Assembly: GCA_963795085.1 (NCBI GenBank)
Contig: CAWCFX010000001.1
Coordinates: 576,001 to 640,000, forward strand
Length of the DNA: 64,000 nt
Source: an uncultured Gemmatimonadales bacterium
GTDB lineage: Bacteria > Gemmatimonadota > Gemmatimonadetes > Gemmatimonadales > GWC2-71-9
Direction of reading: 5' to 3'
Each line of letters starts with the position of its first letter. The first letter of the stretch is position 1. Shown here piece after piece: positions 60,377 to 64,000 of this stretch. The notes beneath the pieces were generated by a model, which was not told where the DNA came from, searched no databases, and saw nothing but the letters and a program-made list of their open reading frames with translations. Both the position numbers and the translations under genes were made by a program.

Positions 60377-61396
60377 ATGCAGCTGGGAATGATCGGGTTG
60401 GGGCGCATGGGCGCCAACATGGTGCGCCGGCTGATGCGGGGCGGGCACCAGTGCGTGGCCCACGACCGGAGCGTCGAGGCGGTACAGGCCCTGGCCGGGG
60501 AAGGTGCCGCGCCGGCAAAGACCCTGGCGGCCCTGGTGGCGCAGCTCGCGCGGCCGCGCGCGGTCTGGCTGATGGTGCCGGCCGCCGCGGTGGACGCCAC
60601 CCTCGACGACCTGCTCCCCCTCCTTGAAGCCGGGGACATCGTGATCGACGGCGGCAACTCCTGGTACCGCGACGACATCACCCGCGCGGAACGGCTGTCC
60701 CCACTGGGCCTGCACTACGTGGACTGCGGCACCAGCGGCGGCGTGTTCGGCCTCGACCGCGGCTACTGCCTGATGATCGGCGGCGAGGCCGACATCGTCG
60801 GCCGACTGGAACCCATCTTCGCCACCCTGGCCCCCGGGGCCGGCGCCATTCCCCGGACGCCGGGTCGCGAGACGCCGGGCGGGACGGCGGAATCCGGTTA
60901 TCTCCACTGCGGGCCCGCCGGCGCCGGCCACTTCGTGAAGATGGTCCACAACGGCATCGAGTACGGCCTGATGGCGGCCTACGCCGAGGGGATCAACATT
61001 CTCCGGCACGCCAACGTGGGGAAGAGCACCAGCGAGCCGGACGCGGAACTCACCCCGCTCCGCGACCCGAAGGCCTTCCAGTATGATTTCAACCTCGCCG
61101 ACATCGCCGAGGTCTGGCGCCGGGGCAGCGTGATCACCTCCTGGCTGCTGGACCTCACGGCGGCCGCCCTGGCCCGGGACCCGTCGCTCGACAAGTTCAG
61201 CGGCCACGTGTCCGACTCGGGCGAAGGCCGCTGGACCCTGGAGGCCGCCATCGCGGAAGCGGTGCCGGCCAACGTGCTGGCCGCCGCCCTGTTCGGGCGG
61301 TTCAGCTCCCGCGGCCATGCCGATTTCCAGGACCGGCTGCTCTCCGCGATGCGGTACGAGTTCGGCGGCCACGTGGAGAAGGGGCCCGCCGCGTGA
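60377..61396 (+). CDS. gnd: 6-phosphogluconate dehydrogenase (decarboxylating, short form)
   Basis: [37 protein letters not shown]. Confidence 0.95.
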   Translation: MQLGMIGLGRMGANMVRRLMRGGHQCVAHDRSVEAVQALAGEGAAPAKTLAALVAQLARPRAVWLMVPAAAVDATLDDLLPLLEAGDIVIDGGNSWYRDDITRAERLSPLGLHYVDCGTSGGVFGLDRGYCLMIGGEADIVGRLEPIFATLAPGAGAIPRTPGRETPGGTAESGYLHCGPAGAGHFVKMVHNGIEYGLMAAYAEGINILRHANVGKSTSEPDAELTPLRDPKAFQYDFNLADIAEVWRRGSVITSWLLDLTAAALARDPSLDKFSGHVSDSGEGRWTLEAAIAEAVPANVLAAALFGRFSSRGHADFQDRLLSAMRYEFGGHVEKGPAA

Positions 61397-62775
61397 ACTC
61401 CGGCCGATCCGACGCGCTGGTGTTCTTCGGCGCCACCGGCGATCTCGTGTTCAAGAAGATCTTCCCCGCCCTCTACACGATGGCCCGCCGGGGCCAGTTG
61501 GAGATGCCGGTGCTGGGCGTGGCCCGCTCCGAGTGGAGCCTGGAAGAGTTCCGGGCCCATGCCCGCCGCAGCGTGGCGGCGGCGGGACCGGTGGACGAGG
61601 CCGTCTTCGCCCGGCTGGCCGATGCGCTCCGCTACGTGCGAGGCGACTACAATGACCCCGCCACCTACGTCGCGCTGCGCGCGGCGCTGGGCGCCGCCGA
61701 ACGGCCCCTCTATTACCTGGCCATCCCCCCCGCCATGTTCGAGCGGGTGGCCCAGGGACTCGGCGTCTCCGGCTGTGCCCGCAACGCCCGCATCGTGGTG
61801 GAGAAACCCTTCGGCCGCGACCTGCCCAGTGCCCATACCCTCAACGCCACCCTGCACCGGGTCTTCGAGGAAGAGAGCATCTTCCGGATCGACCACTACC
61901 TGGGCAAGGAATCGGTGCAGAACCTCCTCATGTTCCGCTTCGCCAACACCCTGTTCGAGCCGGTGTGGAACAGCAACTACGTCGCCAGCGTGCAGGTGAC
62001 CATGGCGGAGCAGTTCGGCGTCGAGGGTCGCGGCAGCTTCTACGAGGAGGCCGGCGCGATTCGCGACGTGATCCAGAATCACCTGCTGCAGGTGGTGGGG
62101 TTCCTGGCCATGGAGCCGCCTGACCTCGACTACGCCGAAGGCATCCGGGACGAACAGGTGAAGGTGTTCCGCAAGATCCGGCCGCTGGCGCCCGACTGCA
62201 TGGTCCGGGGCCAGTTCCGGGGCTATCGCGAGGAGAAGGGCGTGGCGCCGGACTCGACGGTGGAGACCTTCGCGGCGGTGCGGCTCTACATTGATTCGTG
62301 GCGCTGGGAGGGGGTGCCCTTTCTCATCCGGGCCGGCAAGGAGCTCGCGGTGACCGCCACCGAGGTGATCGTATCCTTCAAGCGGCCGCCGGTGCTCCGG
62401 CTTCCCCAGGAGGAGACCAACTACGTGCGCTTCCGCCTCGGCCCCGAGGTAGAGATCGCCATCGGCGCCCGGATCAAGGTCCCCGGCGAGAAACTGGTCT
62501 CAGAGCCGACCGAACTCCAGGTGACCCATCGCTCCACCGCCGACGAGATGAGCCCCTACGAGCGCCTGCTGGGCGACGCGATCGATGGAGACGGGATGCT
62601 CTTCGCCCGGGAGGACGGAGTGGAAGCGGCCTGGGCCGTGGTCCAGGGCGTACTCGGCGATCCAGCGCCGCCCTGCGACTATGACCCGGGCAGCTGGGGG
62701 CCCGCGGAAGCGGCGCGGCTCGCCGCCGATATCGGCGGATGGCATGACCCCGCCCCGTCCGCTTCGGAGTCCTGA
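61393..62775 (+). CDS. zwf: Glucose-6-phosphate 1-dehydrogenase
   Basis: [30 protein letters not shown]. Confidence 0.96.
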   Translation: MNSGRSDALVFFGATGDLVFKKIFPALYTMARRGQLEMPVLGVARSEWSLEEFRAHARRSVAAAGPVDEAVFARLADALRYVRGDYNDPATYVALRAALGAAERPLYYLAIPPAMFERVAQGLGVSGCARNARIVVEKPFGRDLPSAHTLNATLHRVFEEESIFRIDHYLGKESVQNLLMFRFANTLFEPVWNSNYVASVQVTMAEQFGVEGRGSFYEEAGAIRDVIQNHLLQVVGFLAMEPPDLDYAEGIRDEQVKVFRKIRPLAPDCMVRGQFRGYREEKGVAPDSTVETFAAVRLYIDSWRWEGVPFLIRAGKELAVTATEVIVSFKRPPVLRLPQEETNYVRFRLGPEVEIAIGARIKVPGEKLVSEPTELQVTHRSTADEMSPYERLLGDAIDGDGMLFAREDGVEAAWAVVQGVLGDPAPPCDYDPGSWGPAEAARLAADIGGWHDPAPSASES

Positions 62776-62784
62776 GGCGAGCCC

Positions 62785-63499
62785 ATGGAGGCCGACGTCC
62801 GGACCTTTCCCACCGCTCACCTCGCCGCGCGCACGGCGGCCGAACGGTTCGTCGCCGCCGCGGAAGAGGCCATCGCCCGGCGCGGCCGCTTCCTGGTGGC
62901 GCTCTCCGGCGGCTCGACCCCGAAGCCGATGTATGCCGACCTCGCGGCGGATCCGCTGGCCTCCCGGGTGGAGTGGCCGTGCGTGCACGTCATGTGGGGA
63001 GATGAACGGTGCGTCCCGCCGGACGATCCGGCGAGCAACTACCGACTGGCGCGGGAGGTACTGCTGGACCGGGTGTGGATTCCGCCGGAGAACGTCCACC
63101 GCATCCGGGGGGAGCAGGATCCGGCGCGGGCGGCGGCGGCCTACGAGCGGGAACTCCGCCAATTGCTGGCCGGCGATCCGCTTGACCTGGTATTGCTGGG
63201 ACTCGGCCAGGATGGACACACCGCATCGCTGTTTCCGGGCTCGCCGGCCATCGGTGAGGAGAACCACTGGGTCATGGCGGTGCCGGCCTCCGGTACCGCA
63301 CATTGGGCGGGTGACGCTGACCCCGGCCGTCATCAACCGGGCGAGAGAGGTGAACTTCCTGGTGACCGGGAACGAGAAGGCGGAGGTCCTTCGGCAGGTG
63401 CTGAAGGGCGGCGCGCCGGAGGACCTGCCCGCGCGGGCGATCCGGCCAACGAATGGGCGGGTGACGTGGTTCGTCGATGCGGCGGCGGCTGAGGGGTGA
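62785..63499 (+). pseudogene. pgl: 6-phosphogluconolactonase, frameshift near 63300
   Basis: LSGGSTP, GDERCVP, DGHTASLFP in one frame; RVTLT, G.EKA, LPA..I.P in another; may be a sequencing error. Confidence 0.85.
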
Positions 63500-64000
63500 G
63501 GAGCCTTGCCTCACCCCCGGCCCCTCTTCGCTTGCGCCTCACCCCCGGCCCCTCTGCACTTCGCCTCACCCCCGGCCCCTCTCCACTTCGCCTCACCCCC
63601 GGCCCCTCTCCACTTCGTGGAGAGGGGAGACCAGCCCGCCGTGTCACTTCCGGTCCGCGAGGAGCAGTTGCGGAATTCAACCACCACGCCGGCCCCCGCC
63701 GCTCACCCCGGAAGCAACTCCCCTCTCCATGTAATGGAGAGGGGTGGGGGTGAGGTCACAAAGTGGAGAGGGGCGGTTCACTGCCTCAACCACCACGCCG
63801 GCCCCCGCCGCTCACCCCGGAAGCAACTCCCCTCTCCATGTAATGGAGAGGGGTGGGGGTGAGGTCACAAAGTGGAGAGGGGCGGTTCACTGCCTCAGCC
63901 ACCACGCCGGCCCCCGCCGCTCACCCCGGAAGCAACTCCCCTCTCCATGTAATGGAGAGGGGTGGGGGTGAGGTCACAAAGTGGAGAGGGGCGGTTCACT
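63490..64000. repeat. REP-like repeat, 109-bp tandem units with CCCCTCTCCAT..ATGGAGAGGGG hairpins (runs off window)
   Basis: Units at 63681, 63790, 63899; related to 59700-60335. Confidence 0.9.

Overview
GC-rich bacterial window; gene content (BTAD/TPR regulator, many peptidases and outer-membrane proteins) is suggestive of Gemmatimonadota, which is an inference. About 1-40 kb and 52-64 kb are mostly housekeeping/metabolic genes: icd opposite aceK, a UvrD helicase with an inserted DEDDh exonuclease, actP, uvsE, a hybrid kinase, Glu dehydrogenase and gnd-zwf-pgl. Many intergenic spaces hold long hairpin-type repeat elements from several unrelated families. A five-tRNA cluster (His, Trp, Glu, Glu, Lys; 39.7-40.6 kb) opens an accessory region. 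First comes an eroded 3 kb island integrated in tRNA-Lys (45-bp att duplication, integrase remnant, broken PEP-CTERM and HEPN-like genes), then a broken HsdR_N-like gene. At 45.2-51.3 kb lies an integron-type cassette array: about 11 small ORFs separated by ~98-bp attC-like sites, with no IntI in the window. Its most unusual property is that a 'TolB-tail + promoter + attI-like site' module occurs twice (plus a third partial copy), each later copy fused to a half attC. Also notable are a 21/63-nt periodic repeat upstream of an unknown helical protein and a candidate structured 5' leader RNA before an ankyrin gene. Product calls come from motif recognition only; no database searches were run.
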